DNA of 63,410 nt, the filler included, from Octopus bimaculoides (taxonomy: Eukaryota), in NCBI RefSeq assembly GCF_001194135.2. It is 5 parts of 4 records of this genome, joined end to end, with 100 filler letters (N's around TTAATTAATTAA, not from the genome) between each part and the next. Parts side by side here need not be neighbours in the genome. Positions count along the whole stretch, not along the records: positions 29,155 to 45,292 come from NC_068988.1; positions 45,393 to 59,290 come from NC_068981.1; 3 more parts are not named here. One strand, given 5' to 3'. The stretch's first letter is position 1. Each line of letters starts with the position of its first letter. The notes under the pieces were generated by a model. The model worked only from the letters and a program-made list of their open reading frames with translations, did not search any database and was not told where the DNA came from. Position numbers and translations under genes: made by a program. Below, piece by piece: positions 39,528-52,068 of this stretch.

Positions 39528-41640
39528 GATATATCTATACACACTCACAGACATACACAAACAGAATAACCATAGACACCATTGTTTCTTCCTTAGTATT
39601 AAAACTTGTCTTTTAGTAATCTTAGATCATGGAAGGATTATACACACACACACACACACACGCACACGCACACACACACACACACNNNNNNNNNNNNNNN
39701 NNNNNNNNNNNNNNNNNNNNNNNNNNNNNNNNNNNNNNNNNNNNNNNNNNNNNNNNNNNNNNNNNNNNNNNNNNNNNNNNNNNNNNNNNNNNNNNNNNNN
39801 NNNNNNNNNNNNNNNNNNNNNNNNNNNNNNNNNNNNNNNNNNNNNNNNNNNNNNNNNNNNNNNNNNNNNNNNNNNNNNNNNNNNNNNNATATACACACAC
39901 ACACACATATTTATATGCACACAGATCATTCCAAGTGAACGCGACATTGACAACAGCAATAATAGGAAGAACAAATGAAAATGTTTTAAAACCAAAGTAA
40001 ATCTATTTATTTCTTGTAATCAGGCTAAAAGACATTTTCCTTTGAAGACAAATTCAATGAACAGGAATTAATGAAAAAATTATATTAACAATGCTTAAAA
40101 CAGCAAATTCTAAGTCTGTCTGTGTGTCTCCATCTCTTACTGATTAAATAATTTATGAAGGTTCCGTTGTTATAAGTACTTTTTTTATGCTCATTATTGC
40201 ATGAATTTGTTTCTGTTTAAGCAGTTTCATAATTAAAGACATTCCGGATGTGACCATTCCATTTATATATTTGTTTTAATTATGTTTAACATTTTTTGTT
40301 TCTGACATTGGATTGCAGCTGACATAGGGGTCGTACAGCTTTGAAGGGTTGTGGTAGACAAATTCACCTTGGAATATATTTTAAGTTGGGTACTTATACC
40401 AGTGATGTTTTTTTGCTGAACTGCTAAGCTATGAGGATGTAAACAAACCAAGATTGGTTGCCAGATGGTGCAGGAAAAATAAGTTTACTCACACAAACAC
40501 GTATGCGTATGATAATCAAATATACAAAGATGTATGCACGCAGACGAACACACACACACATATATATAGACACGCACAAGATTCACACACACATATATAG
40601 ATACACAAACACACACAAGCATGCATACAAACACACACATATACACATGCACACAAATACACACACATATACANNNNNNNNNNCATGCACAAGATTCGCA
40701 CACACATATATACATACACAAACACACACATGTATGCAAGCACACACACATATACACATGCACACAAATACATACACACAAATATATACGTACACAAACA
40801 CACACATACATACACACAAACACATATATACATGCACACAAACTCACACACATAGATGCTCACAAACTCACGCACATATACATGCACACAAACATACTCA
40901 CAAACACACGCACACACACACTTGGTAATAACTGCAGCAGCTCTTCACATCCGCATAAAAGAGAGCAGTCATACAAATGCCTTCTCTGCCTGGTGTTGCA
41001 TCGTAAGAAGATGATAATTACAGTCAAGGCCACAAAAAAAAAAAAAAAAAAAAAATTGAAAATTCAAGGATTAAAGAGGCTATCCTGATTAATAAAATCT
41101 AAATCCACCTATTAAGAACAGATATGATTCTAAGCTCACAGATTGATTGATTTTATGCAATCAGTCTGCACATACTTCAATGTTAGCATTTAAAAGATAA
41201 TTGCTTAGTTATTTTGATGTGTCTGTCTGACCAGCTGAAGCTAGCTTGTCTTTAGCTTTTCATGATAAGGAGTTTTTAGGTCCAAAGTATTGAATCACTA
41301 GAAGAAAATTAACAAAAATAAATGAACTAAAAGGTAAAGTGTTTATGTTTTGCTTCTGTTTATGCTTTCTTTCCGAACTTATTGTTGTAGAGGTCAGTCT
41401 TAATGGTAGAGGTCAGTCTTAATGGCAGAGTTCCAATAAGGCCATGGCCAATGGTTACAAATCAGTAATGTGAATTTATCATACTTTTGCAACTGTATTC
41501 CATGCTGGCAAGGGTTGCATGGTTTGACATGGTCCACCTAGTCAGAAGACTCTGTTGAGATCCAGTGTCTGTTTTGGCATGGCTTCTACAGACGGATACA
41601 TTAATATGCATATGCACACACACACACACACACACACATC

Positions 41641-42064
41641 TTTTGCTCTTTATGTGTTTCTGTCTTGGACTGTGCTCATGCTGGTGTACTGATATGAAGA
41701 ATTTAGCTGGACAAATCCCCACCCCCAGCACTTATGTTTTAAGTCATATTTTTCCTATCAGCCCCTTTGCTGGACTGCAAGTTATGGGGATATAAACAAA
41801 TCAACACCAACTGTCAAACAGTGGTGGTGTGGCAAACACAATGACACACACAGAGGCTTCCACAACGGGAGAGTCCATCATATATATATATATATATATA
41901 TATGACAGGCTTCTTTCAGTTTCTGCCTACCAAATCCACTCACAAGGCTGTGGTCGGCCTGAGGCTATAGTAGAAGACATTTGCCGAAGGTGCCACGCAG
42001 TGGGACTGAACCTGGAAACATGTTACTGGGAAGCAAGCTTCTTACCACACAGCCACACTGTGCA
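41641..42064 (-). mobile_element. SINE-A copy
   Basis: Same blocks, more diverged in the 3' half. Confidence 0.8.
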
Positions 42065-42157
42065 TACACATGTGTGCATGTATGAAAAAGAGAGAAAAGG
42101 AGAAGTAGAAGAGGAAGAGAGAAAAAAAGGAGAAGGAGAGAGAAAAAAAAGAGATAG

Positions 42158-42195
<38 letters not shown>

Positions 42196-43181
42196 GAGAA
42201 GGAAACATGCAGATAGATAAATAACAAGCAGACAGGGAGATTATTGATAAACCGACATAAATTCAACAAACAAAACAGAGAGAGAGAGAGAACATTGAGC
42301 AAATATCAGGTACAGGAAATTAAGCTATCTTTAAGAGGTGTGGTCTAAAGAAGAAAGTTAATTGTTGATGACACCATAGATAAAAGTACATGAAGAGACT
42401 ATAAATTATTTGTATTTGGAATAATAACGACAACAACAACAATAATAATAATAATAATAAAGATGACAAAGACAGAGAAGTAGAAAAAAAGAGACTGAAA
42501 TAAATAACATAAAGAAGAAAAAAAAAACTAGCTACAGCTGCAATATCAACAACAGCAATAAGTACAATGATGGCTACAAGGAAGTAACTACAGCAACAAG
42601 GCTGATGATGATGATGATGATAATAATAATAATAATAATAATAATAAGAAGAAGAAGAAATAGGAGGCAGACAATGAGGGTAATAATATTAAAGTAACAT
42701 GATTCTAAATGGAATGTGTTTTCTGAGAGCAAAAAAATAGGAAATGTCTTTCAGAGTGAAAGAACAGACAGTCACATTTTACTTGTGTGTGTGAGTAAGT
42801 GTATATACATCATCATCGACATCTTCATTATTATCATCATCATTTAACATCCCTTTGTTATGGGTTGGCAAGAGCTGGCAAACCAGAGACCCCCCCCACC
42901 CAATTGTCTGTTTTGGCTGATTTCTACAGCTGGACACCCTCCCTAATGCCAACCACTTCACAAGGTGTAGCTGGGTGATTTCTATGTGACACCAGTACAG
43001 GTGCTTCTTCTGGGGTTTAATTGGCACCAGCACACATGGAATCAAATTCCTACCTTTGTGTATTGTATCCTTTTCATTTTAATGTCCAGTTTTCCATGCT
43101 TGCATGGGTCAGATGAAGTTTACTGAGGCAGATGCCTGTCTTGTCACTAATTTTTACTCGTTTCAAAGCAACTCTTTGACT

Positions 43182-43367
43182 CTTTTACTTGTTTCAGTCA
43201 TTTGACTGTGGCCATGCTGCAGCACCGCCTTTAGTCGAGCAAATTGACTCCAGGACTTATTCTTTGTAAGCCTAGTACTTATTCTATCGGACTCCTTTGC
43301 CGAACCGCTAAGTTACGGGGACATAAACACACCAGCATCGGTTGTCAAGCAATGATAGGGGGGACAA

Positions 43368-43419
<52 letters not shown>

Positions 43420-43498
43420 CGGGCTTCTTTCAGTTTCCGTCTACCAAATCCACTCACAAGGCTTTGGTCAGCCCGAGGCTATAGTAGAAGACACTTGC
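43182..43498 (-). mobile_element. SINE-A copy, low divergence, cut by a gap
   Basis: Nearly identical to the 35887 and 38826 copies in overlapping parts. Confidence 0.9.
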
Positions 43499-44270
43499 NN
43501 NNNNNNNNNNNNNNNNNNNNNNNNNNNNNNNNNNNNNNNNNNNNNNNNNNNNNNNNNNNNNNNNNNNNNNNNNNNNNNNNNNNNNNNNNNNNNNNNNNNN
43601 NNNNNNNNNNNNNNNNNNNNNNNNNNNNNNNNNNNNNNNNNNNNNNNNNNNNNNNNNNNNNNNNNNNNNNNNNNNNNNNNNNNNNNNNNNNNNNNNNNNN
43701 NNNNNNNNNNNNNNNNNNNNNNNNNNNNNNNNNNNNNNNNNNNNNNNNNNNNNNNNNNNNNNNNNNNNNNNNNNNNNNNNNNNNNNNNNNNNNNNNNNNN
43801 NNNNNNNNNNNNNNNNNNNNNNNNNNNNNNNNNNNNNNNNNNNNNNNNNNNNNNNNNNNNNNNNNNNNNNNNNNNNNNNNNNNNNNNNNNNNNNNNNNNN
43901 NNNNNNNNNNNNNNNNNNNNNNNNNNNNNNNNNNNNNNNNNNNNNNNNNNNNNNNNNNNNNNNNNNNNNNNNNNNNNNNNNNNNNNNNNNNNNNNNNNNN
44001 NNNNNNNNNNNNNNNNNNNNNNNNNNNNNNNNNNNNNNNNNNNNNNNNNNNNNNNNNNNNNNNNNNNNNNNNNNNNNNNNNNNNNNNNNNNNNNNNNNNN
44101 NNNNNNNNNNNNNNNNNNNNNNNNNNNNNNNNNNNNNNNNNNNNNNNNNNNNNNNNNNNNNNNNNNNNNNNNNNNNNNNNNNNNNNNNNNNNNNNNNNNN
44201 NNNNNNNNNNNNNNNNNNNNNNNNNNNNNNNNNNNNNNNNNNNNNNNNNNNNNNNNNNNNNNNNNNNNNN

Positions 44271-44320
<50 letters not shown>

Positions 44321-44405
44321 AGTGAAAAAGAAAAAAAAGGATTAAATTAAAACTGATAAAAAGATTTGTTTTGATAGCTAAATTGGGGGAAGTTATGTAA
44401 TAATG

Positions 44406-44437
<32 letters not shown>

Positions 44438-45238
44438 ATAACAAGAACAATAATGATAGTAATAATAATGATAATAATAATAATAATAATAATGATGATG
44501 AAATAAAAAAAACTAACAGGAACAAATAACTAATAATAAAATAACAATAATAACAATAATAATAATAAAACAAAGAACTGAGACCCTCACCCACCAAATG
44601 CAACCAAAAATCTAAGCTAAAAGAAACAACAACAACAACAATACCATCCATCTTTATTTGGTAAAGTAGTGAAGCAAAACCTAAGTTTACACAATTTTTC
44701 AAGCAAGTTATTTGATATGTGTGTTTACCGATTCCAATGAAGTTGGTTCTTCTATATTGCAGTTGACTGGGTATATTTGTACAATATATTATTGGGTGGC
44801 AACAAATGGCTGATCACTCGTGTGGAAATGCGAAAATTTCTTTAGCTTTTTGTCTTTTTTATTTGTTTATTTGTTCATATGTTTTTTGTTGATATCATGT
44901 GCATGTTTGCATGTGTTTCCGTGTGTGTGTGTGTGTGTGTGTGATGTCATTACAAGAACTCTGGCGAGTATAAGGGACTACATCCATTGCTGCTCATGCC
45001 GCTGTTGATGTCATCATCACCACCATCACCATCGCCATCATCCTCATTACCTCCACCCCGCGATAGGTGAACAGCGATATGGTGAGAGATTCCTTTTTGC
45101 TACAGCTGTTTCCATAACTCAGGCAAAAGATATCAAACTATCAACAGCTATATGATAATTCTATCATTATTATTATTTGTAGTTATATAATTATTTTAGC
45201 TGAATGTGATGTGGGAGTCATTTCATCAAGATCATTTA

Positions 45239-45292
<54 letters not shown>

Positions 45293-45392
45293 NNNNNNNN
45301 NNNNNNNNNNNNNNNNNNNNNNNNNNNNNNNNNNNNTTAATTAATTAANNNNNNNNNNNNNNNNNNNNNNNNNNNNNNNNNNNNNNNNNNNN

Positions 45393-45643
45393 GAAACAAT
45401 TCCTATCATAGTAGGTGCCTTCGGTATAATAAAAAAATATTCAGACAAATACATAACAAAAACACCAGGACTTACAAATATCTATAACACAGAAAATTTC
45501 ACTACTGGGCACTGCACACATCCTACGCAAAACACTTTCAATACAGTAACCATAAGAGCATCACAGCAAACCAAAGCACATACCCAAGGCACACAGAGCT
45601 GCGCTCGGTAGTGAAGTGAAAGCACGTTATAAAAATAAAACTA

Positions 45644-45700
<57 letters not shown>
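45393..45700 (+). mobile_element. R4/Dong-type element 3' end with (TAA)n tail
   Basis: ETIPIIVGAFGIIKKYSDKYITKTPGLTNIYNTQKISLLGTAHILRKTLSIQ* (RLE C-terminus), about 100 nt 3' UTR, then (TAA)n at 45647-45700. Confidence 0.8.
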
Positions 45701-46600
45701 CTAACGATGCATGGTACCTGTCTGCCACGTACGGACACTGGTCGCCAATACATGAAAAGAGCAAATGGAGAAAGGGGATTGATAAGTGTGGAAGACTGCG
45801 TGCGTATCAAACTAGAGAGCTTAATGAGATACCGAGCCCAAAGTAAGGAAACCTTGCTAGTGACAATAAAGAACGAGGGAGTATTGATATCAAAAAGGAA
45901 ATGAAAAAGAATTACGCAAGAATGGAATACACAATCAACACCATGCAGCCACAACAGAAGATGCTGGAAAAAAGAAAATAGGTGGGAATGGCTGATGAAA
46001 GGAACACTAAAAAAGAGTCCGAGAGCACTATACTGGCAGTGCAAGACCAAGCTTTGGCCACGAACTGGAGGTGAATCTTACGAATGAGTGTCTCCGCTGA
46101 GCTGCATCTGCAATAGAGAGGATGAAACCAATGGTCATATCACGAACGAATGCCCTAGACTTGCCTCAAACCACTACGAGTCGTGGTGACACGATCAGGT
46201 AGCGAAAGTGCTACATTGGAAACTGTGTGAAAAGTGGGGCTAGAGAGAGGCAAGACGTGGTATGAGCACGTACTGCAGACAGTGGCGAAGTCAAAGACTA
46301 GCAAAATCCTCTGGGATTTCCCAATTCAAACAGATCAGGTGCCAGAGCATAACAGACCGGATCTAGTGGTGGTGAAGATGCACGACATATGCTATGTAGG
46401 TGATGTTGCATGCCCCTTTGACCCACAAATAGTCAAGAAGGAAAGCGAATAGAAAACTCTCTTAAGTGCGAAGTATCCCGGCTATGAAAAATGAAGAAGG
46501 TGAAGAAGGTGAAGAACGGTACCAGAAGGCATCAAGAAGAATGTAAAGGAAACTGGAATAGAATACTCAATACAACTGTTGCAAAAGGTTTGCCTTCTTT
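45701..46600 (+). mobile_element. 5'-truncated R4/Dong element (thumb, CCHC knuckle, RLE endonuclease)
   Basis: MHGTCLPRTDTGRQYMKRANGERGLISVEDCVR; CICNREDETNGHITNECPRLA; KILWDFPIQTD...HNRPDLVVV...GDVACPFD...KKESE; LLQKVCLL. Multiple stops. Confidence 0.88.
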
Positions 46601-49600
46601 ACGCACACACACACATACTTACACACATGTATATTGGGAATATATTCTACCTGTAATATACGTCATCGAAATCACAATGCGTTAAAATATTTCAACCTGT
46701 ACAATATATTTCTATCGATAAAATTTTCGAATATATCATCCGTTACGTTCAGAGAACACTCATACTTCTTACATAATATTTCTTATAGACGTATCCAGTC
46801 TTTTAGAGTTAATTACCTAAATAGCCAACTGTACGATTCGTTTGATATCAGGCTGTAGTAGTTTCATATCGCTTGCAGTGTGATTATTCTTCGGAAAGAT
46901 AGGAATATCAAGCATCACATTTCCTTCCTTTCGAACGTTGGACAAATATGACAAAAAATTGATGCATATTAAAATTATTGAACGGGATATATACATATTT
47001 CCAACAATACTCGTTTATTATCTAGTGACAAAACTACAAATGTACAGAGGTGGATGCGAAGCTTGTGTATCTTGTATTCTATTGCCAAAGCTTTAGTTAC
47101 ATACGCATTAGTTTACTTCAACCGGAAATTAATTGCTTATAGCGAATATCGCTGGGAGTTTAACGATTGCTAAGACTACATGTCATTTCATTTTACTCGC
47201 ACAATGAGAATGGAATAATCGGCACGAAATCTTATTCTCTTTCTTTGAATATATATAAAAAGAAACTAATCCTACAAATTACTCTATATGAAAGAAGATT
47301 GCTCGCAGGTTCAGAGCGAATGCAGCAATACTTCTTTAAAATAAAATTATCGAAAAGTAACCATATTGAAAATTCTCCTTTCATTTTATCTTTTCTTTTT
47401 TGCACATCTCTGTCATGATTGCATTTTTATTACAAGATATTTCATAAACGCTTATTCCTCCAAGCAGTAAAGAATTCCGCTGAATAAACATACCTGCTCT
47501 CTGTATGAAAATCGATATTATTCTATGAATTTTATCACTGTCGAGGAAAGTAAAATATCATGGACTTCTTTCATTTTTTTTACTTAGACTTTATTTTCAT
47601 TTTCCCATTGCTTTCACATTATTATTTATCACCTTTATTATTCCTGGTTTGAGAAATACTTCAAGAGATTCTTTTCATAAGGCATGAATTAATTACATCT
47701 TAGAAAACATGGACAAAAGTGTTGAAGATTAAGAAATTTTTCAAGGCTAACGAAAATGTTCATTGTTAAAAAAAAATGTTCAACATCAATGAAAATACTA
47801 TATATTAAAATGTACTGTTGCAGAATACACTTACAATATATATAGGTCCTAGTATTGCCATTTTCTGAAACGTGTCTATCGTTACAAATTCTTTGTAAAA
47901 GCGATTATGTATTATTCCAGTTGTGCCAATTACAATTGGGAGACACATTCGTCAACTGCCATAGTGTTTAAAATTCAACAGTTAAATCTGTTCTTCTTTT
48001 GATAATACATTATTTAGTTGTGCACAATAGTAGTCACTTTGCAGTAATGACGATAATTAGCACGCTACTGTCTTTCTAGTAATGAAAAAATGAGGTGAAG
48101 CTTATCATGTGTTACCTGGTGATCTATTTGGTACAATTTCATAGAATTTTCCTCCCTATGACATGTAAGCAGAAGTTCGTAAGTGTACTAGAGATCTTTT
48201 ACTCAAACCATTTGAAATTCGGTTCCTAGACGTATGGAGAGACGTTTCTCCAGGTTACTATATCTACAAGTTGTTTTGATAGAGCTAGTGTAACTCGCAC
48301 TAATACAATATCGTGTCTTGTTTCAAAAATATATCACACTGTGATATTTATAATTTTATCATCTATACTTAATATACAATAAATATTTCTTTTCATATAT
48401 CTGTTGTGATAGACTTCTCTGCTATCAAAAACTCCTCGCGTCTCATTCTCGCTAGATTTCTTCGTTTGGCTAGGTATGATTTTTATATTTATATTCGTGG
48501 AATCCGGCACGCAAATGTATTCACTGTGCAAAGGCAGGCCTTAATTAATGGTTACTCATCATGGTTTACTTGCACACAATCATTTCTTATGTTTTACTGG
48601 TGCTGTTTTATGCTTTTCCATTAATATGTAAATGTTATTATTGCGATAATAATCGAGTTGTTCCATGACAATCAACAGCAACCAGTAGCAGACATTCTTG
48701 TAAGTTAGAAAGTAGTGCACAACATTAAAGTATAGTTAAAACTGATCATTGACTACCAGTAACCCATTACATCTTTCTCTTCTTTATTGTAGACTTATGT
48801 GCATTTCACCATCTGCTGAGTTCATATTCCACTGGGCTCAGCTTTGTCTTTATTCCTCTGGGGGTCTCTAGAAGACGATTTGGTTGATTTTTCTAGCTGG
48901 TCTTTCGACCACATAGTAGCTCTCACTTTAGTCTCTCCTCAGAAATGTTGTCTCCATATGTAATATAAACAGAATGATATACGATAGAAAAAGAAACAAA
49001 ACAGAAATGACAAGTAGAATATATCGTTAAAAGCTGTTAGACTTCTGTCAGTATGAAAAAGCCATTTATCAACATTAAGTCAATAGTTACAACCCTTATC
49101 AATATCTTACCGACGCTTATCGTACGATGTTTGCTGGGCGAGGTTAGGTCAGCGTTGTATTCTGATGCTCTGGGGTTCCGAGGTCCACTAAATCTATGTA
49201 CACGTTATGACACCTAACGGCGACGTTTATCAGTTATAGCGGAAGCTACGGGATAAGATGGCCTCTTATTCGGTCCGGGATGTCACTTATTTCATCAGCC
49301 GCTTCTCCTTATCATTCGATGTCAAAGTATTGTCTATTGTATCTTTACACGTGTTGAACAAGGTAATAATCAAGCGATATCATGATTCGCCTTCCTTATA
49401 TGTTACACTCGTTTACACACAAACAGAATCTCACTCACACACACACATAAACAAACGTTTGTGTGTGTGTATTTCTGTGTTAGTGTGTGCGTGTGCATGT
49501 GTTCAGAGAGAGACGAGGTGAAGAAAGTGGAAAGGAAAAGGGAGAGACAAGAGTTGAGGGTCACTAAACTAAACAAATAAATAATCTATCCCTGCTACAG

Positions 49601-49758
49601 AGTAACATTATTTGATTTAGATATTCCTATTTCCTAAAACGGGTATAAACACAACAAAAATGCATAAAGCCTCTAGAATGGTTAAACGATTAATGTAGAG
49701 GAGCAACAGGAGTTAAAACACACACACACACACGCATATGCAGGCACACACGCGCACA

Positions 49759-49796
<38 letters not shown>

Positions 49797-49802
49797 CACA
49801 TA

Positions 49803-49973
49803 TACAGGGTGCAATGGGTAAATTGTCACCATTTTATATTTTTAATTTCGCGCATGCGTATTGTTTGTTTTTGATTCTGGCGACCACGCAGTATAGCAGG
49901 ATCAGTTGGGCACCGTCTGTGAGAAAAACAACACCATGATGCAATTAATCCTGTCAGAAATTTCGAAACGACA
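49803..49973 (+). mobile_element. Tc1/mariner 5' end (TA + TIR + start of ORF), truncated by a SINE
   Basis: TA|CAGGGTGCAATGGGTAAATTGTC, followed by ATGATGCAATTAATCCTGTCAGAAATTTCGAAACGAC (M.Q....EI.KR), resembling the maT-like N-terminus at about 27990. Confidence 0.6.
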
Positions 49974-50172
49974 GAATCGTTACTACGCTGAGCAATATGT
50001 TTCACGGCATTTCGTCCGTCTTTTACGTACGGAGTTCAAATTCCGCCTAAGTCGAATTTCTTTTTTTTCTACATTCGGGGTCGATAAAATAAGTACCAGC
50101 CTAACAGTGGGGTCAGTGTAATCGACTTTCTTCCTCCCCCAAAATTCCTGCCCTTTTGTCAAAATTTGAAAA
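49974..50172 (+). mobile_element. SINE-B copy
   Basis: gaatcgttactacgc...gagttcaaattccgcc...ggggtcgataaaataagtaccag. Confidence 0.85.
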
Positions 50173-50439
50173 CAATATCTATATCTACATTTCGTTTCCA
50201 TCAGTTCCAATGCCATTCACATTACATAGTTTCCCAAAATTCATCACAGATGGCAAATTTCTTGTAACAAGATCGTAACCAATGCATGCCAAAATATTCT
50301 ACACGCAGCCACACCTGCGTGTATATGTGTCTGTAAATAGACACATACATACAAACATTCATACATACATATATGCATACATACATATATACATGCATGC
50401 ATACATACATACATACATACATACATACATACATACGCA

Positions 50440-51100
50440 CAAGAGGGTTTGCTGATAAGTTCAAGATACTCTCATGGTATATGGCAAAATTATTATTTTT
50501 TAGCATAGCTCCCCGTGCGGCCCACACATTTCTTTCATCGATATTGCATTGCTTGCATCCCATTTGTGAAGAAGCTTTCGTCCTGTTGGTCAAAAAAATT
50601 AATCAACAGCAGATATGATGTCATCGTTACCGCAATACTGGTTCCCAACCTTGTGTTTTTTGATTTTGGAGAACAGATGGTAGCCAGATAATGCCAAATC
50701 AGGAGAATAGGGAAGTTGATTAATGAGTTCAAAGCACAGAAGACATTGAAACCCAGATCTTGTGCGCTGGAACATTGTTCATCGGTTTTCCTTGACATTT
50801 GGTCTTGATGGCCGCTTGTAACAGGAAACTGGCAGAGTACTCTCCATTAGTGATGTGGCTCTTGTGAAGATAGTCGATAAAAACCATGCCTTTTGCTTCC
50901 CAAAAATCTGAGGCTATTAACTCTCTGCAGATGAAACGGCCTTGGCCTAATTTGTAGCAGGTGAGGAGGAGTTTCAAATGCATGGATTGTCTCTTTGGCT
51001 CAAACTGGTAAAGCTAACACTCATCCTGAGTTAGGAAACTAAAAACAATATCATATTTTCCCGTGATGTTATCAGCCTGGTCTGCTTTTCATCAGGTGTC
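50440..51100 (-). mobile_element. mariner (DD34D) transposase remnant with 3' TIR
   Basis: ELIASDFWEAKGMVFIDYLHKSHITNGEYSASFL..AIKTKCQGK..NNVPAHK, plus a TIR-like sequence (GAGGGTTTGCTGATAAGTTC) at about 50443. Confidence 0.85.
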
Positions 51101-51112
51101 ACCCACCCTCAA

Positions 51113-51310
51113 GGCGGTAGAGGCGCGTGGTTTAGTGGTTAAGACGTGTCGTGTTCTTGAGCAAAACACTTCGTTTCACGTTGCTCCAGTCCACAAAGCT
51201 GCTGGCGAAAATGAGTAATCCTTTTGACGGAGCGGCGTCCCGTCCAGATGGGGAATTTATATGCCATAGAACCCGGAAAACCGGCCTTTATGACTCGAGA
51301 AGGTAACTTT
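51113..51310 (+). mobile_element. tRNA-derived SINE family C (deleted head)
   Basis: ggcgcgtggtttagtggtta..gtgttcttgagcaaaacacttcgtttcacgttgctccagtc...atgactcgagaagg; paralog at 54980. Confidence 0.8.
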
Positions 51311-52021
51311 CTTTTTATATATACACCGAGAAAAGCCCCAGAACCCTAACCCTAACCCACCTTGCAAAAATCTTCGTCATACCAATTTCGTTTTGCAGAA
51401 TATTTCTCACCTCTCTCACAGAATGTACTAATAGCATTGGCTTTATGATTTATACCCAATCGCCTGTCATCCATCAACATGTAATGAACACAGTCAGTGG
51501 TTTCCACGCGCACGCACACGCACGCACACACGCACACGCACACGCACACACTCACACATAGTAACACATAATTACTACGCGCCGTAAGAACTGCAGACGC
51601 TGTTTTTGAATAAGAATCATTTGGCTGATGATTAGAAACCTCGAAAGGGGAATATAGGATATGTTTTATATTATAAGAGCTATTTAATCACTCTCCGGCG
51701 ATAATGTTCTCCTTAAATCTAGGTAAGGATCACTGCTAATGACATTATATTCAAAGCACTTAACCAGCACACCAATCCTTTTTCTTTTTGATGCTTTCTT
51801 CATCTATTTTCTGATATTTCTTCCTGTAATTATTGATGTTGATTTCATAATCGTTACTCTTTCTTTCATCTTGCGATTGTAATTTCTCTTTTCCCACTCA
51901 TGTCACGACTCTCTAAATGCAAATCTACGTATACGTACACACATATTTCTGCCCTTCTCCATACATTTATCTGAAGCTACAAATGATCCTCTCTCCCTCT
52001 GTCTGTCTGTCTCTCTCCCTT

Positions 52022-52068
<47 letters not shown>

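Noticed and set aside
40500-40920. His/Thr-rich or Cys/Val-rich ORFs over degenerate about 100-bp repeats
   Set aside because: A compound (CA)/(TA) microsatellite with a small gap; the translation is an artefact.
44729-44751. Micro-exon KNQLHWNR with a phase-2 donor
   Set aside because: WN resembles CWNG only superficially; poor splice context.
49111-49192. Candidate glypican exon FSGPRNPRASEYNADLTSPSKHRTISV ending at a GTAAG donor
   Set aside because: No polypyrimidine acceptor, wrong phase for the 36370 exon (the phase-2 frame has a stop), and no glypican motif.
51342-51360. (CCCTAA)2 telomere-like seed
   Set aside because: Only about 2.5 units; expected by chance or as part of a repeat.
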